Origin: a virus
Taxonomy: Duplodnaviria > Caudoviricetes
Virus record (IMG/VR): IMGVR_UViG_3300022936_000191
Location: 1 to 36,771 of that record
DNA length: 36,771 nt
Reading direction: 5' to 3' (one strand)
The position numbers and the translations under genes are program-made. Numbering within the stretch: the stretch's first letter is position 1; every line of letters starts with the position of its first letter. Shown piece after piece: positions 9,417 to 19,243 of the stretch. The notes beneath the pieces are model-generated. The model was given only the letters and a program-made list of their open reading frames with translations, was not told the DNA's origin and made no database searches.

Positions 9417-10528
9417 TATAGTATGTGATTATTTTTTGTAGCATCATCAACACGTAAATCTTCAAAATCTTCAAATCGAATATCTATATTAGGTTCTGCA
9501 TATTTTAAAATAAATTCAAGACCATCTAAAATAATTTCGCGCATTGGCTTAATATTAGAACGGTATAGGGTTTTTAATGCTTCTTTCTGCTCATCTTTAT
9601 GTGATGCTAAACCTGAATTATCAATTTCACCAAATAAGGCTGGATTTGTAACTGAATGTGCTTTGTAAATCTTTTTTTCTGCTTCTTCACTGAAATAAAC
9701 TAATTGAGTATCTAATTGTGCAACCTCTAAATTTTTAACTTCTATTTCATCACCACTATCTAAACCATCACTAAAGGAAATTATAACTTTATTCTTATTA
9801 GATGAACCAGTAAGTTTTTCTATAATTTGCGCTTTGTATTTGCGTTTGAGTTCTTCTGTTGCAGGTACACCACCTTTGCAGTTAATAATTTTTCCTGCTG
9901 TAAATCCATTAGCAATATGATTAATTGCTCCATTTGATAATTCTTCTTCAATATGTGCCCATTGTAAACCTGATGAGTAATCAGGGTTTGCAAAATATGG
10001 TTTAGATGATATTCTTGATACAGTTAAAATTTCAATTGGATTATCTTTATAAGTACCGTCAAACTTTGCATATAATTTAGGTTTATATCTACTTTTATTC
10101 TCCCAGTCAAAAGAGTACCAGTAACCATCTATTTCACCTAATGAGTTTTGATTCAATGCAAGTTTTTCTGTGTTTATATGTTTTATTAAAATTGGTTGCG
10201 GATCTTGCTTCAAAAGTTTTGAACCTTGCGACCACACAATTTGAACTGAATATTGACCATATAATTTATAATCCATACAAATCAATTGTATATCTTTTTT
10301 AGAAATATATTTATGAATATTTATACCTGATTTATCAACTAATCCTTCTCCAATGATATAATTTACATAACTATTAATTACTCCTGCATTAGTTGGAGAA
10401 CCATTATATCTTTTTTCTATATAGGTGAAAAATTCATTATTATCACCGTTCATTATATACTTTGTTCCGACACTAACGGTAATATCAGGTAGTACGTAAT
10501 TATTAAAATTAATTATTTCAACATCCAT
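9416..10528 (-). CDS. Portal protein
   Basis: YNGSPTNAGVIN, DYKLYGQ, YFANPDY, NGFTAG..., AHSVTNPALFG pattern of Bacteroidota phage portals. Confidence 0.8.
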   Translation of the reverse strand: MDVEIINFNNYVLPDITVSVGTKYIMNGDNNEFFTYIEKRYNGSPTNAGVINSYVNYIIGEGLVDKSGINIHKYISKKDIQLICMDYKLYGQYSVQIVWSQGSKLLKQDPQPILIKHINTEKLALNQNSLGEIDGYWYSFDWENKSRYKPKLYAKFDGTYKDNPIEILTVSRISSKPYFANPDYSSGLQWAHIEEELSNGAINHIANGFTAGKIINCKGGVPATEELKRKYKAQIIEKLTGSSNKNKVIISFSDGLDSGDEIEVKNLEVAQLDTQLVYFSEEAEKKIYKAHSVTNPALFGEIDNSGLASHKDEQKEALKTLYRSNIKPMREIILDGLEFILKYAEPNIDIRFEDFEDLRVDDATKNNHIL

Positions 10529-10857
10529 TAAAATTTAAGGTTATTTTCTTCTGAATTATTTAGTGAATAATTCTGTTTGTCTTTTTCGGTGTATAGTGCT
10601 TGTCCCGACCATATAACATCGTTGTAAGCATCTTTTAGTATGATACTATATTCTGCATCGTTTACTGGGAGAAAACCTCCCAAATCGACGGATAATAGAC
10701 CACTAATTATATCAGCACCGGAACTTACATTTACAGTAACATCATTATATGGTTCTCTAATAGAAACACTGACAGTACCAGTAGTATAAAATCTAGGGAT
10801 CACTTGTAAAACATACGTGTCTACATTATCAATATTATCTTTAATTAATAGTTTCAT
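10528..10857 (-). CDS. Structural-module hypothetical protein
   Basis: 109-aa ORF coupled to the portal, preceded by the late promoter motif. Confidence 0.7.
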   Translation of the reverse strand: MKLLIKDNIDNVDTYVLQVIPRFYTTGTVSVSIREPYNDVTVNVSSGADIISGLLSVDLGGFLPVNDAEYSIILKDAYNDVIWSGQALYTEKDKQNYSLNNSEENNLKF

Positions 10858-10863
10858 ATATTT

Positions 10864-10890
10864 ATATAATCCCTTTTTTTAGTTTTGATT
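10864..10890 (-). promoter_or_regulatory. Putative late promoter AATCAA-N13-GATTATAT (copy 1)
   Basis: + strand atataatc 10864-10871 and ttgatt 10885-10890; ATG follows 6 nt later. Confidence 0.75.
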
Positions 10891-10921
10891 TTTTCAACTA
10901 CTTATATATTAAAAACAACAA

Positions 10922-10948
10922 ATCCCCTAATCGGATAAACAAGGGGAT
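10922..10948 (-). terminator. Putative intrinsic terminator after tail tube gene
   Basis: atcccct/aggggat stem followed by T-rich sequence on the minus strand. Confidence 0.55.
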
Positions 10949-10971
10949 ATGAAGTATTAAAATATGTTAAA

Positions 10972-11508
10972 TTATGCAGGTGTAATTGCACCTGTAACAT
11001 TTATTGCTGCATTATAAGCAGTAGAACCAGTAACACCTAACCATACTAAAGGACGTCTTTCTTGTGTAGTGAATGTTAGAGAATAACCAGACATATCAGT
11101 TCTTGCACCACCAGTTGTAATACTACCACCTGATAAATCTGCTCCAAGTTCAGCACCGATTAATTGTATTTGACCGTTGTACAACTCTAAAAAGATTTGA
11201 GGATTACCGTATGCAAGTAATTTAACTTGGTCACGTGTTTCTCTATCTAAAGATGGTAGAACTAAATTTAAAGTACCGTTGTAAACAGTAGTGTGTGTTT
11301 GTCTATCTGAAACAATTTCTTCGGTATAAGTATTACCATCATTTTTAAGATAGAACTTATAAATCGAACCCGTTATTCCAACACCTTCAAACGTATCATT
11401 AGCAGTCAATGTAAGATTTGCAAATGGTAAAAAACCAACTGCTTTAATACCTGAAAACCCAGTTTTACAACCAAGTAATCTAGATTTATTAATATTTTCA
11501 CAAGCCAT
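10972..11508 (-). CDS. Major tail tube protein
   Basis: MAC...R..GCK.G.SGIK N-terminus and GG.RTDMSGYSLTF..QE C-terminus typical of Bacteroidota siphovirus tail tubes. Confidence 0.75.
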   Translation of the reverse strand: MACENINKSRLLGCKTGFSGIKAVGFLPFANLTLTANDTFEGVGITGSIYKFYLKNDGNTYTEEIVSDRQTHTTVYNGTLNLVLPSLDRETRDQVKLLAYGNPQIFLELYNGQIQLIGAELGADLSGGSITTGGARTDMSGYSLTFTTQERRPLVWLGVTGSTAYNAAINVTGAITPA

Positions 11509-11538
11509 TTTTGTTTTTAATTTTTTTTATATGAATAG

Positions 11539-11566
11539 AAAAAGGTGGTGTATTTTGCACCACCTT
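11539..11566 (-). terminator. Intrinsic terminator after major capsid gene
   Basis: aaggtggtg/caccacctt stem with a U-tract on the minus strand. Confidence 0.75.
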
Positions 11567-11587
11567 AATTATTCTTTTGTATTTTGA

Positions 11588-12484
11588 TTATCCTTTGTAC
11601 ATTACGATTTCTGAACCGTCAACATAACCAACTGCTGCAAGGAATTTAATAGAGTGTAGAACTCTACCATCTTGATTTACTGCATCAGAATCTGTAATTC
11701 TAACTGCATCTAAATCTGATTCAACACCTGTAGCAAAGTGTAGATTTTTAATTCTGTAAGCAATCATAAAGTTATTCGGCATACCGTTTACAACTTCTAA
11801 TCTTGTACCCATATAATCAAGTTCTTTATCACCAACAGTTGTATTTATACCCATTGTGTTTTGCGCTTTTTTATATGCTTTAGCAACGTTTCTAGAAACG
11901 ACATATACTAAATCAGATTCACCATCAAGTTCAGGTATAACTAAATCATCAAATCTTGATAATTCTGCTGATACGTTAGTTGGTGTAATTGCTACTGGGG
12001 ATGATACTTTAACAACGGTTGCATCAGCAACGAATTGAGGTATTAAACCTGCAATTGAATGTGTACCTGTACCTTGCCAAATTTGATTATCTATAGTTTC
12101 ACCTGCTGCTGATACCATCATTGAAAGTATTGCAGAAGTAATAGTTTTAGGTATTTCTGATGTAGCAGAAAATAAACCCTCGTTTTGTGCTTGGAATGTT
12201 TTTGCGAAATCTTCTTTACAAAATTCAGAAGCGATTTCAAATTTCTTTACAACAATTTCTTTTTCAGTTAAAGAAACTGCACCAGTTGGATTCCATCCAC
12301 AACCAGTTACTAATCTCATTTGTGGTGAGTAAGATAATTTTGGTAGGTAATATGAACCTAAAATACCTGCGGTAATTGTAATAAGACGTTTTGCAAGTGT
12401 ATCTGCTTTTTTAAATATTTCAAGAAAGATTTCTTTAGAATCTACACCTTTGAAATTTGTGGTAATACTTGTAGTTGTTGCCAT
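11588..12484 (-). CDS. Major capsid protein (HK97 fold)
   Basis: 298 aa; CGWNPTG, EFCKEDF, IWQG motifs; downstream of protease/scaffold; followed by strong terminator. Confidence 0.85.
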   Translation of the reverse strand: MATTTSITTNFKGVDSKEIFLEIFKKADTLAKRLITITAGILGSYYLPKLSYSPQMRLVTGCGWNPTGAVSLTEKEIVVKKFEIASEFCKEDFAKTFQAQNEGLFSATSEIPKTITSAILSMMVSAAGETIDNQIWQGTGTHSIAGLIPQFVADATVVKVSSPVAITPTNVSAELSRFDDLVIPELDGESDLVYVVSRNVAKAYKKAQNTMGINTTVGDKELDYMGTRLEVVNGMPNNFMIAYRIKNLHFATGVESDLDAVRITDSDAVNQDGRVLHSIKFLAAVGYVDGSEIVMYKG

Positions 12485-12498
12485 TTTTTACTATATTT

Positions 12499-14145
12499 TT
12501 ATTTTTTTGAGTTTTGTCTGTTTAATGCATCTTCTAAAACTTGTAATGATGTTCTCACTTCTTTAGTTTCTACAGATACATTTGCTAGATTAATACTTTG
12601 GGTATTTGCTTGTGCAGATAATTTTACTGCTTCTTCTTTAATCGAAATCAATTCTGCTTTTAGTGATTGATTTTCTACTTCTAATTCTTCAATTCTTTTA
12701 TTAGCAGCATCTAAATCTTCTTGTAATTTATTATCTGCGGGTGCATCTGCTTTTGGTGCTTCTGCTACTGGTGTTTCATCTGCTGCTTCAACTTCTGCTT
12801 CTTCTGCTTTAGGTGCATCTTCTACAGAAACTATTTCACCATTCTCACCAGTCTTTACAATTTTACCATCAACTTGAAATTCTGCATTCGGCATTGGATT
12901 GTTGTCTTTATCAAATACAACATTGTCTTTATCCAATGATTCAGCAAAAATTGATAGTGCATCATCTATTTTAAATTCTTGTAAATTAGAATCCAATAGA
13001 ATTTGCTTCATTACTAAATCTTTTACTTTAGAATAATTCATCTTCTCTTTACTATTATTTTTTTTCTCTTTTGCAATTCCCAATCTTGCATCGATTGAAA
13101 ACCCTTTAACTTTCCCTGTCTTTACATAATCATTCCATATAGATTCATTATCTACTTTCATTGACATCATCCAAGTACCAACAGGTACATCAAAACCTAA
13201 TTCGTTTGCTTTGTCATTTTTGGGATTTGTAACTATCCAACTTTCAAAAAAATAAACACCATCAATTACTTCTGTATGTTCAATTGTGGAATTTTTTTGA
13301 TATCCTTTTTTGAAGAAATTTTGTTGTAGTCTTTCTATAGTATCTGCGGTTAAAAACACATTGCATTTTTCACCATCAAAATTTCTATAAATATCTTGTT
13401 CAGGTAGTAATACTGGACTTACTAATATTCTCTTTTCTGCATTAGCAAGACGTATATCTTTTAATTCAGATGATAACCTGTAATAGTTGTTACTTTCGTT
13501 TGCAACTTCTGTACTTTCGTTGTAAGGAAACTTTGCAACTTTTGCAGATTCTTTATCTAACTTTTGTATAACTTTCGTTGCTTCATAAACTGAAACTTCT
13601 TTGTTGTTTTTTTGTAGATAAATTTTTCTATTCCAATAATGTTGACAATTAACACCACCTTTATAAAGGAAAATGTTATATGTATTTGTACCATTGGGAC
13701 CGAATCCTGCGTTAGCATCAGATTTAACTAAATCTTCTTTTTTATAAGTCAATCCGGATTTAGTCATTTCCACACAAAACTTTCTACTTTTAGCAGTAGT
13801 TTCTTTTGGGAAATACTCATATCTAATTTTGAATATTTTATTATCTAATGCAGATGCACCTTCTGTTGGAATTACTGCTAAATCAATGTTGTAAACACTT
13901 TCATCAGTAACTCTTTTTTCATCAATTAAAACCCATTCAGATAAATCTTCTTTCTCACCTTTAGATATAATATTTTGCATTAAATCATCTGAAATATCAT
14001 CTGCTGATAAATCAACATCTTCTACTTTATTAAATGACAATGCTAAAATCTGAATTGCAGGGTCAAGTACTAAAGATGTTCCATAAACACCCTCCATACT
14101 TTCTTCATCCCATATTAATTCACGTCTAGGCAAAATGTTATCCAT
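12499..14145 (-). CDS. XkdF-like (S78-type) prohead serine protease with an inserted Cys/His domain and C-terminal scaffold
   Basis: KRILVSPVLLPEQDIYR, STIEH, FFESWIV, GTWM, GKVKGFSID motifs; acidic coiled-coil tail. Confidence 0.85.
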   Translation of the reverse strand: MDNILPRRELIWDEESMEGVYGTSLVLDPAIQILALSFNKVEDVDLSADDISDDLMQNIISKGEKEDLSEWVLIDEKRVTDESVYNIDLAVIPTEGASALDNKIFKIRYEYFPKETTAKSRKFCVEMTKSGLTYKKEDLVKSDANAGFGPNGTNTYNIFLYKGGVNCQHYWNRKIYLQKNNKEVSVYEATKVIQKLDKESAKVAKFPYNESTEVANESNNYYRLSSELKDIRLANAEKRILVSPVLLPEQDIYRNFDGEKCNVFLTADTIERLQQNFFKKGYQKNSTIEHTEVIDGVYFFESWIVTNPKNDKANELGFDVPVGTWMMSMKVDNESIWNDYVKTGKVKGFSIDARLGIAKEKKNNSKEKMNYSKVKDLVMKQILLDSNLQEFKIDDALSIFAESLDKDNVVFDKDNNPMPNAEFQVDGKIVKTGENGEIVSVEDAPKAEEAEVEAADETPVAEAPKADAPADNKLQEDLDAANKRIEELEVENQSLKAELISIKEEAVKLSAQANTQSINLANVSVETKEVRTSLQVLEDALNRQNSKK

Positions 14146-14151
14146 ATATAG

Positions 14152-14178
14152 ATATAATCCCTAAATGTGAAATTGATT
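14152..14178 (-). promoter_or_regulatory. Putative late promoter AATCAA-N13-GATTATAT (copy 2)
   Basis: atataatc 14152-14159, ttgatt 14173-14178; protease ATG 6 nt downstream. Confidence 0.75.
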
Positions 14179-14190
14179 GGTTTTCACATT

Positions 14191-16359
14191 TTAGAATCGG
14201 GAACTATCTATTCTATTTCTTTCAATTGCATCTGCGGTTTGTTGGTCAGAAGCAACAACATAAGCGCGTATTGGTTCAGCGTTCCTTTGTTGTGATGTTC
14301 TTTCTATAGTGTCAGTAATTTGAGTTTGTGGGGTGTTCTGGAATGCAACCGATGGTTTTGATGCAGTCGGTAAAGAACCCGCTGCACCACCTGAACCACC
14401 TCCTTTTTTCGATGGAACTTTAACCGATAATATTTTTTTTACGTTTAGCAATCCAAATACACCAGTTGCAACCGCTTGTGCAATTGCATACCCAGGAACT
14501 GTAGTTTTAGAAAACGCTGCTAATGTACCTGCAATTGCTGTGTAAGTTGAAATTGAAGCACCTGCAACTGCTAGTGCTTTACCTGCAATAGTACTTTCAC
14601 CTAATTCATCTGCTGCTGAACTTAAACCACTTCCTATTACATCCAACATTTTTAATTTATTTTCAGATTCCTTTTCATCAATCTTTTTCTTTGCTTCTGA
14701 AAATGATGCTTTAGATGCAACATCTTGCTCATCCTGTGATTTAATAACTGCTGCTACATCTGCTGCTTGTTGTGCTTTTAATGCTTTATATGCTTCACCT
14801 TGACCAGTTTCAGATTCTAACTTTGCTAAATCTTCGGCTTGCTTTTTTTCCAGTTCTGCAACAACTGCTGCTTGCTTAATATCTTGCTCGCTTTGCAATT
14901 GCTTAAATAATGATTCTAATTCTTCAACATTTTTAGCATCAGATAATGATTTTTTTACAACATTAGCATCTACTATACTTTGTACTTCTTTATGTGTAGC
15001 ATCAATACCTGCTTGTATTTCTTTATCGCGTTTATCTTTCTTTTCCTTTTCTTCTTTATTTAAAGCAGTTTGAAGAATAGCAAACTTTTTTTCGTGTGCA
15101 TCACGCAATATTTGTAGTTCAGCATCAGTTTGACCTTTCAAAGAATTTATAGATTCTAATTCTCTTTGCTTTTGAGTATCTAATTTATTTTGTGCAGTAA
15201 CATCTTCTAAATCTTCAATCTCTTTTTCTAACGTCTTTTTTGCATTTAGATAAGCATCATCATTTGCTTTTTGTTCGGCTGCTGCTGCTGCTTTATCTGC
15301 TTTTTTCTTTGCTGCTGATTTTTCTGCTGCTGCTTTATCTATATCTGCTAATTTTTTAGAATGTGATGCACGTAAAACGCGTTCTTCTTGATTAAGTTTT
15401 TCAACTTCTTCTTGATTATCTTTATTCAATTTTTTCTTTTTCTGAATAATATCTAATTCGGCTTTGTAAGTATCTTTACCTGCTGCTTTTGCAATTTCTA
15501 AAGATTTTTCATTTGCTTCAATTTGCTTTTGTAATCTTTCTTTTGCTGCATCATCTGCTTGTGATTGCATTTCTTTACTAACACCTTTAGCAAAGTTTTT
15601 TGTAACACTTAAACCGTTTTTTACTTCATCTAATGCACCCGCAAAATCTCCTTTCAAAACTTTACCTAATGCTTTAAAAGGTGCTAATACATAAGCAATA
15701 ATTACTTCACCTGCACCAAATGCATATTGTTTAAGTTTGTTAAACATTTCTCCCATATCATTGAATGCAGGAAATGCTTTTAATACTGCTGCTCTAATTT
15801 CATCCCAGTTTGCAACTATCAATCCTAATGCTATTAAAAATATACCGATACCTGTTGCAGCAATACCACCCTTAATACCAGTAAAAGTTGTTTTCGCAGA
15901 TGCTTGTACAGATGTGAATGCTTGTTTAGCAATACTTCCAAAACGTTTAAAATCTTTAGCAGAATCTGCAACCGCGCTTAATCCGCTAGTTAAAGCAAGA
16001 GCCGAATTGACTTTAAGTAACATTTGTTCAACTTCTTCACTTTCAGCGCCTAATGCACCCATTGCGCCAGTAACAACTGAAAATCCACCTGCTACTGCAC
16101 TAAGAACACCAGTTACTGCTTGGAACTTTGCACCGGGATCGAAAAGTGCAGCGGTCTCACGTGCTTCTGATATTGAATCGCGCAACACTGCAACATTTCT
16201 TGCTGCTGTTAATGCTTGGTCAGAATAATCACCAAAGTTTTGTTGTGCTTCAATTAATAATGCGTTCGCTTCTCTTAGTTCTTTTTTTACATTTGTAATT
16301 CCTTTAGCAGCCTCATTTGCATCACTTTTAATATTAATCTCTGCTGTCCTCTTTATCAT
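14191..16359 (-). CDS. Tail tape measure protein
   Basis: 722 aa, Ala/Lys/Glu-rich helical, hydrophobic stretches (IAATGIGIFLIALGLIVANWD), C-terminal PIRAYVV. Confidence 0.9.
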   Translation of the reverse strand: MIKRTAEINIKSDANEAAKGITNVKKELREANALLIEAQQNFGDYSDQALTAARNVAVLRDSISEARETAALFDPGAKFQAVTGVLSAVAGGFSVVTGAMGALGAESEEVEQMLLKVNSALALTSGLSAVADSAKDFKRFGSIAKQAFTSVQASAKTTFTGIKGGIAATGIGIFLIALGLIVANWDEIRAAVLKAFPAFNDMGEMFNKLKQYAFGAGEVIIAYVLAPFKALGKVLKGDFAGALDEVKNGLSVTKNFAKGVSKEMQSQADDAAKERLQKQIEANEKSLEIAKAAGKDTYKAELDIIQKKKKLNKDNQEEVEKLNQEERVLRASHSKKLADIDKAAAEKSAAKKKADKAAAAAEQKANDDAYLNAKKTLEKEIEDLEDVTAQNKLDTQKQRELESINSLKGQTDAELQILRDAHEKKFAILQTALNKEEKEKKDKRDKEIQAGIDATHKEVQSIVDANVVKKSLSDAKNVEELESLFKQLQSEQDIKQAAVVAELEKKQAEDLAKLESETGQGEAYKALKAQQAADVAAVIKSQDEQDVASKASFSEAKKKIDEKESENKLKMLDVIGSGLSSAADELGESTIAGKALAVAGASISTYTAIAGTLAAFSKTTVPGYAIAQAVATGVFGLLNVKKILSVKVPSKKGGGSGGAAGSLPTASKPSVAFQNTPQTQITDTIERTSQQRNAEPIRAYVVASDQQTADAIERNRIDSSRF

Positions 16360-16504
16360 TATTAGACATTATTTTTCTGATAGTTATTTTACTAACTTGT
16401 TTGATATTTTCAGGGTATTTATAAACCCCTTTTAAAATATCAATTTCTTCACTTATACCATAAAGATTACCTTGTTGAAGTAATAGGTGTAGCATCTTGA
16501 ACAT
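16334..16504 (-). CDS. Small 56-aa protein (not in ORF track): MFKMLHLLLQQGNLYGISEEIDILKGVYKYPENIKQ...
   Basis: Open frame directly after late promoter copy 3, overlapping the tape measure start. Confidence 0.65.
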   Translation of the reverse strand: MFKMLHLLLQQGNLYGISEEIDILKGVYKYPENIKQVSKITIRKIMSNNDKEDSRD

Positions 16505-16508
16505 ACTT

Positions 16509-16535
16509 ATATAATCGTTTTTTTTGACTTTGATT
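16509..16535 (-). promoter_or_regulatory. Putative late promoter AATCAA-N13-GATTATAT (copy 3)
   Basis: atataatc 16509-16516, ttgatt 16530-16535; ATG 4 nt downstream. Confidence 0.75.
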
Positions 16536-16537
16536 TT

Positions 16538-19243
16538 TTACAATGCAAAGGTGTAGACAGGAGATACTAAATTATAAGTATCATATTTTAATCTGAATTT
16601 TGTATTCTGTACAGTAGTATTTAGTGTATGTACAATAGTAGGACTTGTAGTAATATTTGTATTTATTCCTGCTGTAGTCCAAATATGACCATCAGAAGAA
16701 TAATCTAAATAAATTGTAGTACCATTTTGTACTTCTCTATTCTCTAAATGAAAATAAACCGTATAAGTGTTACCTGCAGGGTTATAAGTTTCAGTAGATG
16801 TAATGTTATCAATTATTATCTTTGGTGTCGTAGAAAGTCTTACAACGTTCGATACAGTGTTTGTAGAAACTTCTTTAACTCTATAATAATAATCAATGCT
16901 TAAATTATTGACCATTCCTAAATGGTGCGGTGATGTATTTTCGCCTATAAATTCACTCCAAACAACACCATCAGTACTCCATTGATAAGCAACCGTTGCA
17001 GGGTAGTAACCAAAGTGAGTAGAATTATATGCAACAACATTAGTATCAATATGTGTTACAGAATTTAGTGTAATATTGTATATAAAATCAGGTATCTTTT
17101 TAATTATATTTCTAACTTTAAATTGCGTCCTACCATTAATAAGATTTACATTCATTTCGGTAATATCAAAATTATTATTACCAATAATTAATGTAGTTCC
17201 TAATTCTAATTGTTGAATAATATGTTTTGGTAAAACTGCGGTAACGTCAAATTCTCTAGCGTAAGGTGAATAAATACTTTCAATAATATTTTGATAACCA
17301 TTTGTGTATAAATTTCTATCTCTTAAAGATGAATTAAATTCATTTACAGTAGAAAATGCAAGTGATGTAGTATATTCATCATCATCTAATTTATCAACAT
17401 TTGAAAATATATTATAGTTTGTAAGTGCAACACTTGTACCATCATCATTAGTATATGCAATACGTCTATCAGATGGAATATTTGCACTACCATTTGAAAA
17501 GAATAATGTAGGTTTATTAAATACACCTTTAGAAAAATCTTCATCAAGACTATCTGAAACAATCCAAGTTTCATTTAATTCATAATCTTCATCAATCTCA
17601 TATGTGTTTGGTAATTCTTTCCACATTAGAAGATTGAATTTACTTTCAACAGTATATTCCCCTTCATTACCATTTGGAATATCCTGTGATATATTACCAT
17701 AATCTAATAATGAGATTTGATTTTTTTTATACAAAATATTATTTCCATAAGCAGATTCTGCATACTTAAAAGAAATCTTTTTAAAACTTTTTACAGCATT
17801 AATTTTTAATTGTCTTTCAACATATTTTGTAATATCAAGTCCATCATTTTGATTATAATAGTTTCTATAATATTCTAACTGGAATACTTGTGCGTTACCG
17901 TGTTGAGTTTGTACAATTGGATTAGTATTTGGTAAAATAACCAATTTAAACATACTGATAATGCTGTTTAAAAAATCATATACAGTCATATCAGGGATAT
18001 TATAAGGGATATTAAAGACGTTTATTAAACTATTATCTGCACTTGATACCAAGGCACTCCTAACACTTTGAAAGTCTTGCATTTTGTATGTAAATGCTTC
18101 TACAGATGTTTCAGTGAGATTTAAGGAACCAATTGTTTCAACTGCTATTCGGTAACTATATCTTGTACCACTTGGAGTAGAAGAAATATATTTTTTAAAG
18201 TATAATTCAGAATTACCAGTTACCCAGTCGGGGGAACTCGATACAAAACCATTATTATCTTGATTGGTTGTAGCAACTTCATTAATTGTTCCATCACCAT
18301 TTAAGATAACCTGTTGAATAAATATTTTATACGGTGTAGTTGAGTTTGCTGTACCAGTCCTTGCATAAAATCCGAACCATCTGAAACGATTTGTACCTGA
18401 CCAGTTAGCGGTAAATGTAAAATAGTTATTTGTAGCATCTAAATTATAATAGGTTGTATTTGTAAACTGACCTGATAGATCTAAAATCTTTGCAGAATTT
18501 GCATAAGGATTTTCATTCTTATTTAACCATAAATACAATCTGTCAATTATAGGATTTTCAGTCATAAAATCACCGATGAACTTTACATTATATTGACTTT
18601 GTATTGCATTAAAAAAGTACCTTACTTTAAGTGCAGGACGTAGTTCTTCTTTGCGTATTCCGTTAGCAGTAGATGCATTTATAAATTTTAGATCGTTGAA
18701 GTCCTTAAGTTGACGTGTTGTAGATACTAACGGATATTCTATAAAACCATTTTCACCTAAACGAATATTACTTTCAACATAAGTATCAGTGTAATTAAAC
18801 TGTATTTCAGGTAAAATTGAAGTGTATGTTAGTTCAGATAATTTCTTATCTCCAAAACTATCTTTTAAAGATTTTAGGTTACTGGTAAATCTTACCGAAT
18901 AAGATTTTAAATGACCATTTTGGTCACCATTATTAATTGTAATAATACCTTTTCTAAAATAAAATCCATATAAATCAATTCTGCTTGGTAATCCATTTGA
19001 TGCAGATATTTGACCGTTATAATTTACATTATGCCAGTATTTTAAAATCCTCTTATTCTTAGGTGTAGCAGGTACACTGAAATCATATGTTAAATCTGCA
19101 TAGTTCGTTTCTAATCCTGAAATATCTGTTTTCTTTAACGTCATAACAATGTTTTCATCAGGGTATAAATCCAAATCTTCACCATTCGTAATAAATCCTG
19201 TAAAATCTACTCCATCACTTACAATTATTCGTACACCGTTCAT
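16538..19243 (-). CDS. Large minor tail protein (baseplate hub/Tal-like) with C-terminal beta-sandwich domains
   Basis: LDLYPDENIV...FSVPATPKNKRIL N-terminus typical of Bacteroidota siphovirus tail-tip proteins; adjacent to tape measure. Confidence 0.7.
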   Translation of the reverse strand: MNGVRIIVSDGVDFTGFITNGEDLDLYPDENIVMTLKKTDISGLETNYADLTYDFSVPATPKNKRILKYWHNVNYNGQISASNGLPSRIDLYGFYFRKGIITINNGDQNGHLKSYSVRFTSNLKSLKDSFGDKKLSELTYTSILPEIQFNYTDTYVESNIRLGENGFIEYPLVSTTRQLKDFNDLKFINASTANGIRKEELRPALKVRYFFNAIQSQYNVKFIGDFMTENPIIDRLYLWLNKNENPYANSAKILDLSGQFTNTTYYNLDATNNYFTFTANWSGTNRFRWFGFYARTGTANSTTPYKIFIQQVILNGDGTINEVATTNQDNNGFVSSSPDWVTGNSELYFKKYISSTPSGTRYSYRIAVETIGSLNLTETSVEAFTYKMQDFQSVRSALVSSADNSLINVFNIPYNIPDMTVYDFLNSIISMFKLVILPNTNPIVQTQHGNAQVFQLEYYRNYYNQNDGLDITKYVERQLKINAVKSFKKISFKYAESAYGNNILYKKNQISLLDYGNISQDIPNGNEGEYTVESKFNLLMWKELPNTYEIDEDYELNETWIVSDSLDEDFSKGVFNKPTLFFSNGSANIPSDRRIAYTNDDGTSVALTNYNIFSNVDKLDDDEYTTSLAFSTVNEFNSSLRDRNLYTNGYQNIIESIYSPYAREFDVTAVLPKHIIQQLELGTTLIIGNNNFDITEMNVNLINGRTQFKVRNIIKKIPDFIYNITLNSVTHIDTNVVAYNSTHFGYYPATVAYQWSTDGVVWSEFIGENTSPHHLGMVNNLSIDYYYRVKEVSTNTVSNVVRLSTTPKIIIDNITSTETYNPAGNTYTVYFHLENREVQNGTTIYLDYSSDGHIWTTAGINTNITTSPTIVHTLNTTVQNTKFRLKYDTYNLVSPVYTFAL

